Positions 21,790 through 31,929 are shown, counted from the first letter of the stretch. The stretch is 64,000 nt of DNA from Candidatus Marinamargulisbacteria bacterium (GCA_049889215.1 JBMHDV010000020.1:77279-141278), one strand, 5' to 3'. A program made the numbers and translations. The notes: generated by a model not told the origin, from the letters alone.

Positions 21790-22512
21790 CTATTTATTAT
21801 CCACGTATTTTTCGACTTGATCAAAATCTAACTCAACTGGGGTCTCTCGACCAAAAATTGAAATTAATGATTTCAATTTACCACGCTCTGCGTTTATTTC
21901 AGAAATTGAACCCGTATAACCTCTAAACGGTCCAGAAATAACCTTAATTACTTCATTAATTTCAAAATCAACCTCAATCTTCTTCATCTTCTCGCCCAAT
22001 TGACGTAATATTCGATTAATTTCATCTTCAGACACTGGAGTGGGCTCATTACGTGTACCAACTAACTTAGCAACACCAGGCAAACGACGTAATAAATACC
22101 AAGCACCTTCATCAGGCTTCATTTGCACAAATAGGTATCCCGGAAACATTTTCTTAATTTTTTCTTTTCGTTCATTATTTTTAATTTCAACAGTTTCTTC
22201 TTCAGGTAATAACACACGAAAGACAACATCTTTAAATTCATTTTCCTGCATTTGTAAGATTCGATCTCTAACCTTTTGCTCATAAAGTGCATAACATTGC
22301 ACAATATACCAACTTAAACCCTCTTCTTTAGATAACAACTCTTCTGACTTGTTAACTTCATCATCGGTTATTACATCTTCATCGTCTAAGTCAATAATGG
22401 GTTCATCAGAATTATCAACTGTTAAAACATCTTGATCTTCTAATTGAATTGCATCATCAGCAGCAACGTTATTAGCTATTTTTGGCTCTTCTATTGATTG
22501 TTCGTTATCCAT
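21790..22512 (-). CDS. nusG: Transcription termination/antitermination factor NusG with an acidic N-terminal extension
   Basis: NGN and KOW regions ([14 protein letters not shown]..., GYLFVQM, ...[12 protein letters not shown]...) between secE and rplK. Confidence 0.93.
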   Translation of the reverse strand: MDNEQSIEEPKIANNVAADDAIQLEDQDVLTVDNSDEPIIDLDDEDVITDDEVNKSEELLSKEEGLSWYIVQCYALYEQKVRDRILQMQENEFKDVVFRVLLPEEETVEIKNNERKEKIKKMFPGYLFVQMKPDEGAWYLLRRLPGVAKLVGTRNEPTPVSEDEINRILRQLGEKMKKIEVDFEINEVIKVISGPFRGYTGSISEINAERGKLKSLISIFGRETPVELDFDQVEKYVDNK

Positions 22513-22530
22513 ACCTTTACCCTTTCACCA

Positions 22531-22716
22531 CTAATTTCTTATCCCAAAGATGATTTTGGATAGCAAAAAATCAGATCCTGCAATATAAATTGTAAAAAAA
22601 ACTACCATAATAATTGTTATTAATGAAGACCTTACCACAAAATCACGATTGGGCCATTCAATTTTCTTGAATTCTATTTGTAAATCTGAAAATAACTTAG
22701 TTTGTTTTTTTGTCAT
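22531..22716 (-). CDS. secE: Preprotein translocase subunit SecE (61 aa, single TM)
   Basis: MTKKQTKLFSDLQIEFKKIEWPNRDFVVRSSLITIIMVVFFTIYIAG... The ORF-track version (to 22791) runs through the tRNA-Trp gene and is rejected. Sits in the conserved tRNA-Trp/secE/nusG position. Confidence 0.85.
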   Translation of the reverse strand: MTKKQTKLFSDLQIEFKKIEWPNRDFVVRSSLITIIMVVFFTIYIAGSDFLLSKIIFGIRN

Positions 22717-22730
22717 AATAATCCTTAAAA

Positions 22731-22807
22731 TGGCAGGCTCGGTCGGATTCGAACCGACAACACTCGGTTTTGGAGACCGATGCTCTACCAATTGGAGCTA
22801 CGAGCCT
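22731..22807 (-). tRNA. tRNA-Trp (anticodon CCA), CCA 3' end encoded
   Basis: Minus-strand sequence AGGCTCGTAGCTCCAATTGGTAGAGCATCGGTCTCCAAAACCGAGTGTTGTCGGTTCGAATCCGACCGAGCCTGCCA folds as a cloverleaf with a 7-bp acceptor stem, anticodon loop CTCCAAA and a GTTCGAATC T-loop. Confidence 0.9.
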
Positions 22808-22829
22808 AGCGCCTATAATAGATATACTA

Positions 22830-22858
22830 AAGTTAGTATTAATTAAATCGTTCGTCAA
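22830..22858 (-). promoter_or_regulatory. Putative promoter for the tRNA-Trp/secE/nusG/rplKAJL/rpoBC transcript
   Basis: Minus strand reads TTGACG (22853-22858), a 17-nt spacer, then TAACTT (22830-22835), just upstream of the tRNA 5' end. Confidence 0.25.
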
Positions 22859-22877
22859 TAAATTATTACAAAAATTA

Positions 22878-22906
22878 TTGTTAAAAGTTTTTCGTTATGA
22901 TAGTAT
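22878..22906 (+). promoter_or_regulatory. Putative promoter for rplU-rpmA-obg-proB
   Basis: TTGTTA (22878-22883), a 17-nt spacer ending in TGA, then TAGTAT (22901-22906). This is an extended -10-like TGnTAGTAT, about 50 nt upstream of the rplU SD (GGAG) and ATG. Confidence 0.3.
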
Positions 22907-22958
22907 TCAACACTACAGATTAAAATGTTTAATTTTAAGCATGGTATAGGAGTTTGCA

Positions 22959-23372
22959 ATGTTTGCAGTTGTCGAAATTAATGATAAACAACACTTAGTA
23001 CAAGAAGGTGATATTCTTACGATTGATGGGAATATTGAAGATAAAAAAACAACATATAATGATGTTTTAATGATTCAAAATGGTGACGATATTCAATTTG
23101 GTCAACCTTATATTAGTAATTCAAGTGTTGAAGCCGAAATTCTAGAGACAGGAAAACGTGAAAAAGATATTGTTTTTAAGTTTAAACGTAAAACAGGTTA
23201 CAAATTGACCAGAGGACACAGGCAAAATTCAACTGTAATAAAAATTTTAAAGATAAATACTGGTGCAACAAAATCGAAAGCATCAACGACTAAAAAAGAA
23301 ACAGCTGAAGCAAAAACAACAAAGAAAACGACTACAACAAAAAAAACAACGAAAAAAGAAGTAAAGGAGTAA
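22959..23372 (+). CDS. rplU: 50S ribosomal protein L21 with a roughly 40-aa Lys/Thr-rich C-terminal tail
   Basis: MFAVVEINDKQHLVQEGD... is a canonical L21 core. A low-complexity KTTKKTTTTKKTTKKEVKE tail is fused in frame. Confidence 0.93.
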   Translation: MFAVVEINDKQHLVQEGDILTIDGNIEDKKTTYNDVLMIQNGDDIQFGQPYISNSSVEAEILETGKREKDIVFKFKRKTGYKLTRGHRQNSTVIKILKINTGATKSKASTTKKETAEAKTTKKTTTTKKTTKKEVKE

Positions 23373-23375
23373 ACA

Positions 23376-23639
23376 ATGGCTCATAAAAAAGGTAAAGGTA
23401 GTACTAAAAACGGTCGTGATAGTGAATCCAAACGATTGGGTGTCAAACGTTACGGTGGAGAATTAGTTACTGCTGGATCAATCATTGTTCGTCAACGTGG
23501 AACTCGTTTTCATGCTGGTAGCAACACTGGAATTGGAAAAGATTTTACCATTTTTGCTAAAGCTGATGGGTTTGTTTCCTTTAAGTACATTAAAAAGAAC
23601 AAAAAAGCAGTTGAAATTATTCCTGCACAATCGAATTAA
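23376..23639 (+). CDS. rpmA: 50S ribosomal protein L27
   Basis: [29 protein letters not shown]... is a canonical L27. Confidence 0.97.
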   Translation: MAHKKGKGSTKNGRDSESKRLGVKRYGGELVTAGSIIVRQRGTRFHAGSNTGIGKDFTIFAKADGFVSFKYIKKNKKAVEIIPAQSN

Positions 23640-24638
23640 TTGTCCTTTGTTGATCATATAGAACTTACCGTCAAATCTGGCAACGGAGGTAACGGCAAAG
23701 TAAGCTTTCGCCGAGAAAAATTCGTACCCAAAGGTGGCCCAGATGGCGGAGATGGTGGTCAAGGTGGTGATGTAATCATTATTGCCTCTGATAAGCTAAG
23801 TACCTTTCTAGATATTTCAAATAAACGAATATTTAAAGCTGGACATGGTGAAGATGGACGACCCAGAAAACAATCCGGGAAAAATGGTGCTAATTGCATT
23901 ATTCATGTACCTTGCGGAACCGTTATCTATAATTCACATGATAATTCAATAATTAGTGATTTAACCGATAACAACCAAGAAATTAAGATTGCTAAAGGTG
24001 GTGCTGGGGGTAAAGGAAATACCCATTTTTCCACGTCTAAATCACAAACCCCTAGAAAAGCTACCCCAGGTAAGTTGGGGAACGAAATTAATATCCGGTT
24101 AGAGCTAAAAATCATCGCTGACGTTGGACTCATCGGATACCCTAATGCAGGGAAATCAACACTTTTAAAAACAATTACCCAAGCAAATCCTAAAATTGCA
24201 AATTATCCTTTCACAACCCTCCATCCAAACCTAGGAATTTTTCGCCGCTATAATAAAGAAATTGTAATTGCAGACATACCTGGAATTATCGAGGGTGCAG
24301 CAGATGGAATTGGATTAGGAAATCAATTTTTACGACACATAAGTAGAACCAATGTTTTACTCTTTTTAATTGAACCAAACATTGAAGCTCCAGAAAAAAC
24401 TATCAATACATTTAAAACACTGAAAAACGAGTTAAGACAATACGACAACAAAATTTTAGAAGAGAAAAAAATAATCATTGCTGTAAATAAAATGGATTTA
24501 CTATCAGAAACCCAAAAAGAAGACGTATTCAAATCATTTCAAAATATTGATGTGCTAAGAATTTCTTGCTTTTTAAGAGAAGGTATCGAACTATTAGAAC
24601 AGAGGGTAAGCGAAGTTATTAATGAAAATAATAATTAA
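23640..24638 (+). CDS. obg: GTPase Obg/CgtA
   Basis: TTG start directly after the rpmA stop. Has the Obg fold's glycine-rich N-terminus (FVDHIELTVKSGNGGNGKVSFRREKFVPKGGPDGGDGG) and the GTPase motifs GYPNAGKST and DIPG. Confidence 0.92.
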   Translation: MSFVDHIELTVKSGNGGNGKVSFRREKFVPKGGPDGGDGGQGGDVIIIASDKLSTFLDISNKRIFKAGHGEDGRPRKQSGKNGANCIIHVPCGTVIYNSHDNSIISDLTDNNQEIKIAKGGAGGKGNTHFSTSKSQTPRKATPGKLGNEINIRLELKIIADVGLIGYPNAGKSTLLKTITQANPKIANYPFTTLHPNLGIFRRYNKEIVIADIPGIIEGAADGIGLGNQFLRHISRTNVLLFLIEPNIEAPEKTINTFKTLKNELRQYDNKILEEKKIIIAVNKMDLLSETQKEDVFKSFQNIDVLRISCFLREGIELLEQRVSEVINENNN

Positions 24639-25374
24639 AATTGGTACAAATTTACTAACTGATCATCATCAGCGATTAGACTTAAATAACATGCGTCACA
24701 TTGTCTATCAAATTGCTGATGAAATAATGAATAATAACCATTATGAATTTATAATAGTAAGCTCAGGGGCAATAACTAGTGGTGCAAAACATATTAATAT
24801 TTCACCAGATAATCTTGCAGAAAAACAGGCTGCTGCATCAATCGGACAAATCTTACTCTTTCAAAAATATTATGAATTTTTTCAAACAAAAAATATATGT
24901 GTTGGGCAATTACTTGTCACCAAAGATAATTTTGATAATACCGAAAAAAACAAAAATATTAAGCAAACAATTACCACACTGCTAAAAAATAAAACCATTC
25001 CAATAATTAATGAAAATGATTCTGTATCAACAGATGAAATACAATTTGGCGACAATGACCAATTATCAGCTATCTTAGCGAAAAACATTGATGCTGATAA
25101 ACTAATTATTCTTACAAATACAGATGGCCTTCTTGATAATAATGGGCATATTGTCAAAAAGCTGACATCAATATCAGAGTCAGAATTAAGTTACGTAAAC
25201 GACCGTCTTTCGGACTCTACATCAAAAGGCGGTATGACATCTAAATTACTAGCCGCTAAAATCGCACTTGAAAATAAAATTGAAGTAACAATTGCCAATG
25301 GAAGAACTGAAAATATAATCCATAAAATACTTAGCAACGAGCCTATTGGAACAAAAATTACAGGAAAAGATTAA
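24622..25374 (+). CDS. proB: Glutamate 5-kinase (short form, no PUA domain)
   Basis: IIIKIGTNLLT...VSSGAITSGAK is the amino-acid kinase family signature. It sits in the conserved obg-proB linkage. Confidence 0.88.
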   Translation: MKIIIKIGTNLLTDHHQRLDLNNMRHIVYQIADEIMNNNHYEFIIVSSGAITSGAKHINISPDNLAEKQAAASIGQILLFQKYYEFFQTKNICVGQLLVTKDNFDNTEKNKNIKQTITTLLKNKTIPIINENDSVSTDEIQFGDNDQLSAILAKNIDADKLIILTNTDGLLDNNGHIVKKLTSISESELSYVNDRLSDSTSKGGMTSKLLAAKIALENKIEVTIANGRTENIIHKILSNEPIGTKITGKD

Positions 25375-25976
25375 GCTAACGTACTAAAATCCCCAGAATC
25401 ATCAAAATCACGCGCTGATCGTTGATAAGATGAGCGACCTTCAAAAAGATTGTTGACCTGTTCATTGAGCTGTTGAGTATTATGAAAATCTGGCGTACCC
25501 GTAGGAACGACTAAATCATCTGTTCCTTTTGTAGTCTTGTTATGGATATCTTTAACATCAAATGATGTGTCACTAACAACTTTCAATGGAATTCGATCTG
25601 CTTTTTGATGACCAACAACTTTATATGCCGCAAAGTCAGGTGAATTAAAGTTTTTTAAACTGATTATAAATAAATATTTTTGAATGTGCGTTAAATCTTG
25701 TTGAGATGGTATTGCCTCACCTTTTGGATGAGAATGATATGTCCCATAATAAGTTAACCCATGTTTATCAAAAAATAAATGAGCACGTTCAATATCTTGT
25801 GGATAAATCGCAAACACATCTGTTTTATTTGAAATATCTTGATTTAATACAGGAAAGATTGCCGTAATAAGACCATCTTTACCACCTACAAAGCCACCAG
25901 ATTCATACGGGTAATTCTTTTTAACTTGATCAATAATAATATTATAATGGCGTTCAGTAATTGAAAAATTATCCAT
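25371..25976 (-). CDS. JAB/MPN (JAMM) family metalloprotease, Mec+/Mov34-like, with an ~85-aa low-complexity C-terminal tail
   Basis: ESGGFVGG... Glu motif plus HSHPKGEAIPSQQD gives an exact E-x(n)-HxH-x7-S-xx-D JAMM zinc-binding signature. Confidence 0.75.
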   Translation of the reverse strand: MDNFSITERHYNIIIDQVKKNYPYESGGFVGGKDGLITAIFPVLNQDISNKTDVFAIYPQDIERAHLFFDKHGLTYYGTYHSHPKGEAIPSQQDLTHIQKYLFIISLKNFNSPDFAAYKVVGHQKADRIPLKVVSDTSFDVKDIHNKTTKGTDDLVVPTGTPDFHNTQQLNEQVNNLFEGRSSYQRSARDFDDSGDFSTLA

Positions 25977-26006
25977 ACTTCATGGAATCATAAAGAAACA
26001 AAAAAC

Positions 26007-26483
26007 TCAACTTGAGACAAAAAATAAATCCATTTTCATCTGAATGCTTTTAAATAATCGTTGATACCAATAATAATTAATTTCAGGATAATAACCACAT
26101 CCATGATGAACCTTACCATAAATATTGAAATAACTCCTCGGATAATCAATGCACATTTGAGGACGATTTTGATAATCTGAGCACATGGATTCTAGAGTTA
26201 AGCAAGAACAGTCATATGATTGTATTTCTCCATTAAAATAAGTTGGAGTAAAGCGTTCAAACTGTGGATTTTTATTAAGAAATTCTCGCCAATCCATTAC
26301 GGTTGTAATTGGAGTTCCCTTTTTTGATATCATAATGCTCTTGCAGCATTGCCCAGAATGGTTACACTGACCTGAAATATTAAAAATATAATCCTTTAAC
26401 TGATTAAAAAAGTATTGTGTTACGTTTGACTGAAATTGGTTAAAAATTAAATAACTAAGTTGAAGAAAATAAAACCGTATCAA
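26007..26483 (-). CDS. Cysteine-rich protein, probable YkgJ/UPF0153-family Zn/Fe-S-binding protein (start uncertain, TTG)
   Basis: N-terminal [10 protein letters not shown] cluster and later [24 protein letters not shown] (the Y-x-N-R-P-x-x-C motif seen in YkgJ/FliB-like proteins). Assigned by motif resemblance only. Confidence 0.45.
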   Translation of the reverse strand: MIRFYFLQLSYLIFNQFQSNVTQYFFNQLKDYIFNISGQCNHSGQCCKSIMISKKGTPITTVMDWREFLNKNPQFERFTPTYFNGEIQSYDCSCLTLESMCSDYQNRPQMCIDYPRSYFNIYGKVHHGCGYYPEINYYWYQRLFKSIQMKMDLFFVSS

Positions 26484-27202
26484 ACAGACACCATCAAAGA
26501 TGCTTTTGCTTTGGCAATAATGTTTGATATACCTTCATTACCAATTGTTAAAAATTCACTTAATTGATCAGAAGTAAATGGGGATTGTTCTGCAGTGCCT
26601 TGGATTTCTATGAAACGACCATCATCAGTCATCACTAAATTTAGATCCACATCAGCGGATGAATCTTCAACATAATCTAAGTCCAAAACAACGTTATTAT
26701 TTACAAGTCCTAAACTTACCGCAGACACAAAATTCTTAATTGGATTGTTAATTAACTTACCATTTGAGATTAATTTCTGAACAGCATCATACAAAACGAT
26801 CATCCCACCGGTAATTGATGTTGTGCGAGTTCCACCATCTGCTTGAATAACATCACAATCAATTAAAATAGATCTCTCGCCTAAAGCTTCTAAATCAATA
26901 GCCGCACGTAAAGAACGCCCAATCAATCGCTGAATCTCCATGGTACGTCCAGACTGTTTTCCTTTAGATACTTCTCGTCGGATTCGTTCATTAGACGATG
27001 CTGGCAGCATAGAATACTCTGCAGTTACCCAACCTGAACCTGAATCTTTAAGAAACCTCGGAACTGATTCTTCTATTGTAGCCGTACATAAAACCCGTGT
27101 TTTACCAAAAGAAATAAGAACAGAACTATGCGCATTTTCTAGAAAATCACGCTCAATCTTCAATTCTCTTAATTGGTTTGCCTCTCGTCCATCATGTCTC
27201 AT
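26480..27202 (-). CDS. rph: Ribonuclease PH
   Basis: [20 protein letters not shown]...[13 protein letters not shown]... and [18 protein letters not shown] are a canonical RNase PH. Confidence 0.95.
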   Translation of the reverse strand: MRHDGREANQLRELKIERDFLENAHSSVLISFGKTRVLCTATIEESVPRFLKDSGSGWVTAEYSMLPASSNERIRREVSKGKQSGRTMEIQRLIGRSLRAAIDLEALGERSILIDCDVIQADGGTRTTSITGGMIVLYDAVQKLISNGKLINNPIKNFVSAVSLGLVNNNVVLDLDYVEDSSADVDLNLVMTDDGRFIEIQGTAEQSPFTSDQLSEFLTIGNEGISNIIAKAKASLMVSV

Positions 27203-27206
27203 AAAA

Positions 27207-27623
27207 TTATTCTCCCTTCATTTGATCCAACTGCTTTTGTTGAATTAATTTTCGACCCTCTGTAATATTTGTTTCCATTTTGATTACATTTTGCTGTAAT
27301 TTTGTAACCGCCAACTGTAACCGAGACAATACACTATCCGCATAGTCATTTGCATCTTTTTTCAATCGAATCATTTCCTTTTGAATATCTATAATATCAG
27401 GCTGGTCTATAACTGGCGTAGATGGGTTATTTAAATGATCAGTATTCAACCCTTGGTCCGATGACCTATTTGATAATTCATATTCATCAATCGCTTCTGT
27501 TAACTTATTTAACAAACCACCTAACTCATCTGGATCAATCAAAATCTGTTTAGATAATAATTGCTTTTTAGATGACTTAATTAATGATTCAATTAAAAAA
27601 ACAACGCCTTTAATTTTGTCCAT
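27207..27623 (-). CDS. Hypothetical protein, predicted coiled coil
   Basis: 138-aa ORF with heptad-like Q/K/L-rich segments, tightly packed between coaD and rph. No family recognised. Confidence 0.5.
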   Translation of the reverse strand: MDKIKGVVFLIESLIKSSKKQLLSKQILIDPDELGGLLNKLTEAIDEYELSNRSSDQGLNTDHLNNPSTPVIDQPDIIDIQKEMIRLKKDANDYADSVLSRLQLAVTKLQQNVIKMETNITEGRKLIQQKQLDQMKGE

Positions 27624-28092
27624 GATATTTTTCCTTTAATTTTTTTTGTACATATGGGGAAACATAAGATGATATATCGCCATTAAATTTAGCCAATTGA
27701 CGAACAATACTTGAACTTAAATAACTATACTTCTGATCGGTCATTAAAAATATTGTATCAATTTTTGATTCTTGCGCACGATTAATTAATGACATTTGAA
27801 ATTCATATTCAAAGTCACTAACCGCCCTTAGCCCTCGAATAAGTTTATAAACGCCCTTGTCTCGAGCATAATCTACCAGTAACCCCTCAAAACCCTCGAC
27901 TATAATTCGATCAGACTGAATACTATTTTTAATTAAATCAATTCTTTCACTAATTGAGAATAACGCTTGTTTATCAACATTTTCAATCACGCTAACATGC
28001 ACCAAATCAAACATGGTAAGTGCACGTTGAATGATATCCAAATGACCCTTCGTAATCGGATCAAAACTCCCTGCGTAAATTGCATGATTCAT
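27610..28092 (-). CDS. coaD: Phosphopantetheine adenylyltransferase
   Basis: AIYAGSFDPITKGHLDII... nucleotidyltransferase (T/H)xGH motif; 160 aa. Confidence 0.95.
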   Translation of the reverse strand: MNHAIYAGSFDPITKGHLDIIQRALTMFDLVHVSVIENVDKQALFSISERIDLIKNSIQSDRIIVEGFEGLLVDYARDKGVYKLIRGLRAVSDFEYEFQMSLINRAQESKIDTIFLMTDQKYSYLSSSIVRQLAKFNGDISSYVSPYVQKKLKEKYHGQN

Positions 28093-28257
28093 AATTAATA
28101 TAACCTCAACATCAGATAAACATGACTAAAATTTTGATTTAAAAACTTCATATTTTATATCGTTATAGTAATACAAACGAATAAAAAATGATATTGGTTT
28201 TAAAAAAGTAAATCAATACAAAGATACCTTTCATAAAATTAGAAGATAAACATCGAA

Positions 28258-28779
28258 TTAAATCTTCAAAAAACTAATCAATGAATTGCCATATTGATAT
28301 TGCTTTTTTAAAGAAATGTGGTTTGAAGGATCAAAGGAATGATCATGCTCAATAATAAATAAACCCCCAGATTTAAGTAAACTAGCATTACCAGAAATTT
28401 GTTGAAATGCTTGAATGTAAACATTATGTTGTGACCACACTGGATCCAAAAAAATAATATCAAATGAATGAGAAGTCGATTTTAAATATCGAATAAGGTC
28501 CGAGCGCACAATATTTATATTTGCTTTTAACACGCCTTTATTTATTTTTAAATACTTCGTATCTTTATCAACACAAACAACAGAGCTAGCACCTCGAGAT
28601 TCAGCCTCTAAACCAATAGCACCTGAACCAGAACAACCATCTAAAAATGAAGCCCCCTCAATTTGATAACCAATAATATTAAATAATGCTTCTCGAACAA
28701 TACTTTTTGTTGGGCGAAACAATCGATTTTTTGGAAATTGCAGTGACTGCCTTTGATATTTTCCACCAATAACTTGCAT
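28258..28779 (-). CDS. rsmD: 16S rRNA (guanine966-N2)-methyltransferase RsmD
   Basis: LDGCSGSGAIGLEAESRGA SAM-binding motif and IIFLDPVW; the conserved rsmD-coaD neighbourhood supports it. Confidence 0.88.
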   Translation of the reverse strand: MQVIGGKYQRQSLQFPKNRLFRPTKSIVREALFNIIGYQIEGASFLDGCSGSGAIGLEAESRGASSVVCVDKDTKYLKINKGVLKANINIVRSDLIRYLKSTSHSFDIIFLDPVWSQHNVYIQAFQQISGNASLLKSGGLFIIEHDHSFDPSNHISLKKQYQYGNSLISFLKI

Positions 28780-30830
28780 TAGTTTAAAAGCACCGATGAA
28801 ACCGATTTCTGATCTTCAAAAAATGCTAAAAGTGGTGCAAATTGATCCGAATCTTTAAGAATTACGTCACATATAGTTACAATACGCTGAATAAGATCTT
28901 TTTGTGATAAATCTGTAAAAGAAAATAATAATTCACCCGATTGTTGTGTTCCTAAAACATTACCAGGTCCGCGAATTTTTAAATCTTCCTCAGCCAAATC
29001 AAACCCATTAGACGACGCTTGCATAGCCTTAATTCGCTGGCGAGATTCAACTGATTTTGCATTAGCAATAAGAAAACAATGCGATTGATCCTTACCTCGA
29101 CCTACTCGTCCCCTTAATTGGTGTAATTGGGATAACCCAAACCGCTCAGCATTCATAATCACCATCGTTGATGCATTTGGAACATCAACACCAACCTCAA
29201 TAACTGTCGTTGAAACTAAAATTTGGATGTCGTTATTTTTAAAGCGGTCCATAACAGCTTGTTTATCTTGGTTTGGCATCTTTCCATGCAATAACCCAAC
29301 TGAATAATCAGAAAATTCATTTGAAAATAAATCGAACCCATCAACGGCTGGTAAAACATCTTCTAAATGATCTGATGTCTCGATTAATGGGTAAACAACA
29401 TAAACCTGACGTTTTGCTTGGAGTTCCAACCGAATAAACCCAAATAACTGATTTAACCGATTTGGTGAAGCATAATAAGTTTTAGGTGGTTTTCGACCAG
29501 GTGGTAATTCATCAATAACGTCATGATCCAAATCACCATAATGTGTCAGCATTAATGTTCGAGGAATTGGTGTTGCGGACATGAATAAACAATGTGGAAC
29601 ATGGATCGATTTTTCTAGTAAAGTTTGGCGTTGAAAAACACCAAATCGATGCTGTTCATCGATAATAACCATTGCTAAATCCTTAATATTAACACCATCT
29701 TGTACTAAGGCATGAGTTCCAACGACAATTAAAGCATCATTGCCCTGCAGCGCATAATTAATTTTTTCTCGCTCTTTTTTCGATTGTTTACCCTTTAATA
29801 AAAAAATCTCTGTATCAGAAGAACACCGTGATTTTAATTTAAGAAAATGCTGTTCAGCTAAAATTTCAGTAGGAACTAAAATAGCAGCTTTATAACCATT
29901 GGCAACTGCAACCAATAAACTTAATATGGCAATGTCTGTTTTTCCTGAACCAACATCACCTTGAATTAAACGAAAGACTGTTTTTCTATCATTTAAATCA
30001 GTGCAAATATTATCCCAAACACGCTGCTGTGCATTAGTTAAACGATACGGTAATCGACTAAAATAGTCCTGAATTATCGCATGTTTTGAATCTAAAAAGA
30101 AAGACGATCGAAGAACTTTTGTATTTTTATGACGATGACGTCGTGGAAATAAATATAAAAATAGTTCATCAAAAGCAAACCGCTGAATTGACTTTGCAAC
30201 ATCCAGTTGCTGTGAAGGAAAATGAAAATTTTGAAATGCATCAAGAATAGAACAAAGCCCTTCTTGGCGTGCCACTTCCGGTGGTAATAAATCCTGGATG
30301 ATTAAATCGGACAACAATTTTCGGTTAATGGAAACTAAAATCCGATTTGATACACCTCTTATGTCTGGATACCATGGGACCACTTGCCCATACTCAGTTT
30401 GAGAAAGGGATGAATATGTTTCAAAATTAGAGACATGAAATGCAGTTGAAATCTTAGTTTCGTCTAGTTTTCCGTAAACAACCACCCAAGGGTCATTTTT
30501 AAGCTTTTCTAAAATATAACGTTGATTAAACCAAACCAATGGAATCTCATGATATTCCGTCTGTAATGTTGCTTGAAAAACAATCAAATTACGCCTTACT
30601 TGGCGCTTTGATACAAATCGTACCTTACCAACCAAACAAGCAACTTGTCCAACTGGAAGATCATTTACTGATATAGAATATTGACGCTTTAAATAACGCA
30701 ATGGTTTTAATAACAAAAAGCTTCTAGCAGTTAAAAGTCCCTGCTTAGATAAAATAGATTGTTGAGAAGCAGTTAAAAAGCGTTGAATAATTTGCGACGC
30801 TTGATCAGCATTATATTGAAAAAGCATCAT
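28779..30830 (-). CDS. recG: ATP-dependent DNA helicase RecG
   Basis: 683 aa with an N-terminal wedge region, the GDVGSGKT Walker A and DEQHRFG helicase motifs. Confidence 0.92.
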   Translation of the reverse strand: MMLFQYNADQASQIIQRFLTASQQSILSKQGLLTARSFLLLKPLRYLKRQYSISVNDLPVGQVACLVGKVRFVSKRQVRRNLIVFQATLQTEYHEIPLVWFNQRYILEKLKNDPWVVVYGKLDETKISTAFHVSNFETYSSLSQTEYGQVVPWYPDIRGVSNRILVSINRKLLSDLIIQDLLPPEVARQEGLCSILDAFQNFHFPSQQLDVAKSIQRFAFDELFLYLFPRRHRHKNTKVLRSSFFLDSKHAIIQDYFSRLPYRLTNAQQRVWDNICTDLNDRKTVFRLIQGDVGSGKTDIAILSLLVAVANGYKAAILVPTEILAEQHFLKLKSRCSSDTEIFLLKGKQSKKEREKINYALQGNDALIVVGTHALVQDGVNIKDLAMVIIDEQHRFGVFQRQTLLEKSIHVPHCLFMSATPIPRTLMLTHYGDLDHDVIDELPPGRKPPKTYYASPNRLNQLFGFIRLELQAKRQVYVVYPLIETSDHLEDVLPAVDGFDLFSNEFSDYSVGLLHGKMPNQDKQAVMDRFKNNDIQILVSTTVIEVGVDVPNASTMVIMNAERFGLSQLHQLRGRVGRGKDQSHCFLIANAKSVESRQRIKAMQASSNGFDLAEEDLKIRGPGNVLGTQQSGELLFSFTDLSQKDLIQRIVTICDVILKDSDQFAPLLAFFEDQKSVSSVLLN

Positions 30831-31929
30831 TATTTTTATATTTTAAAACAATGTCAGCAGAACATTGTTCAACACCGTTTAACGACAAGTTTAACCGTGG
30901 TGCATCACCACTAATAAACGGAACAGCTTGATCAGACGATAATAATGTCGGAGTTTTTGTAATCCATAGTTCATCAAAATAATTCGCAGCCAGAATTGAA
31001 TGAAAAATGCGACTACCGCCTTCAATTAATACAGCATGAATACTTAAATCATATAAACAGTCTAGAATAGCTAACCAATTACGTTTCTTATCTGATGTTA
31101 GAGTTGAAAAAACCGACAGATTCTTATGTTCAAACATAAGTTTTTTTCCGTTAAACAAGACGATACGACGATTTTGATCCAGTGCCGCACTCATCCAATC
31201 CAAATCCACATCATTTTTGGGATCAATAATAACGATGATTGGCTGAAAGTCATGCGTTCGATCAACACGGATAGATAATCTAGGCTGATCAACATTAATC
31301 GTATTCGCACCAACACAAATTGCCTGAACATTCATTCTTAATCGTTGAACCACATCCAGTGATTCCTTGGATGAAATGTAGGTCAGTTCAGATCGGTTTG
31401 GTGCAATAAAACCATCCAGACTCATGGCTGCTTTTACGTAAACAAACGGACGTCGATTAAAATAAAATGAATAAAATTCTTGAATGACTTCCACACCTAA
31501 TTCAGGCATTACATTATCAAAAACTTCAATTCCATGGGATTGTAAAATTGCTTTTGATTTTCCAAATGTTTTTGGATTTGGATCATTAATCGCCCAAATA
31601 ACACGAGTGAAACCAGCAGTAATAATATGATCTGTACAACGGGATGTTTTGCCTTGATGACAACATGGTTCTAATGTTATTAAAATTGTTTTCCCAACCA
31701 AAGATTGATTGGCCTGTTTAATCGCCAAAACCTCGGCATGCGCTTCCCCACTGATGCGATGATATCCTTCTGAAATTATAGACTCACCATCAACTATCAT
31801 GGCCCCAACTGCTGGATTTGGATATTGTGTACCTCTTAAAGTTATTGTCTTACGAAGAAGATCTTCTAGACAGGACTGCTCAAAATTAGTTAAGCCCATT
31901 GTCTTGGTTATCATAGATCTTCTCATCAT
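30811..31929 (-). CDS. ribD: Bifunctional riboflavin biosynthesis deaminase/reductase RibD
   Basis: PNPAVGAMIVDGE...HAEVLAI...EPCCHQGKTSRC is the CDA zinc motif. The C-terminal half is reductase-like. The true start may be an internal Met. Confidence 0.9.
   Translation of the reverse strand: MMRRSMITKTMGLTNFEQSCLEDLLRKTITLRGTQYPNPAVGAMIVDGESIISEGYHRISGEAHAEVLAIKQANQSLVGKTILITLEPCCHQGKTSRCTDHIITAGFTRVIWAINDPNPKTFGKSKAILQSHGIEVFDNVMPELGVEVIQEFYSFYFNRRPFVYVKAAMSLDGFIAPNRSELTYISSKESLDVVQRLRMNVQAICVGANTINVDQPRLSIRVDRTHDFQPIIVIIDPKNDVDLDWMSAALDQNRRIVLFNGKKLMFEHKNLSVFSTLTSDKKRNWLAILDCLYDLSIHAVLIEGGSRIFHSILAANYFDELWITKTPTLLSSDQAVPFISGDAPRLNLSLNGVEQCSADIVLKYKNNDAFSI

Noticed and set aside
22040-22304. 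Two overlapping small ORFs (81 aa plus strand, 61 aa minus strand) inside nusG.
   Set aside because: Both are embedded in the nusG coding region. One is in an alternate frame and one is antisense, and neither is supported by SD, length or similarity.
22531-22791. The 86-aa ORF-track version of secE beginning MVEHRSPKPSVVGSNPTEP...
   Set aside because: The N-terminal 25 codons are the translation of the tRNA-Trp gene (22731-22807). The real secE starts at ATG 22716 (MTKKQTKLF...).
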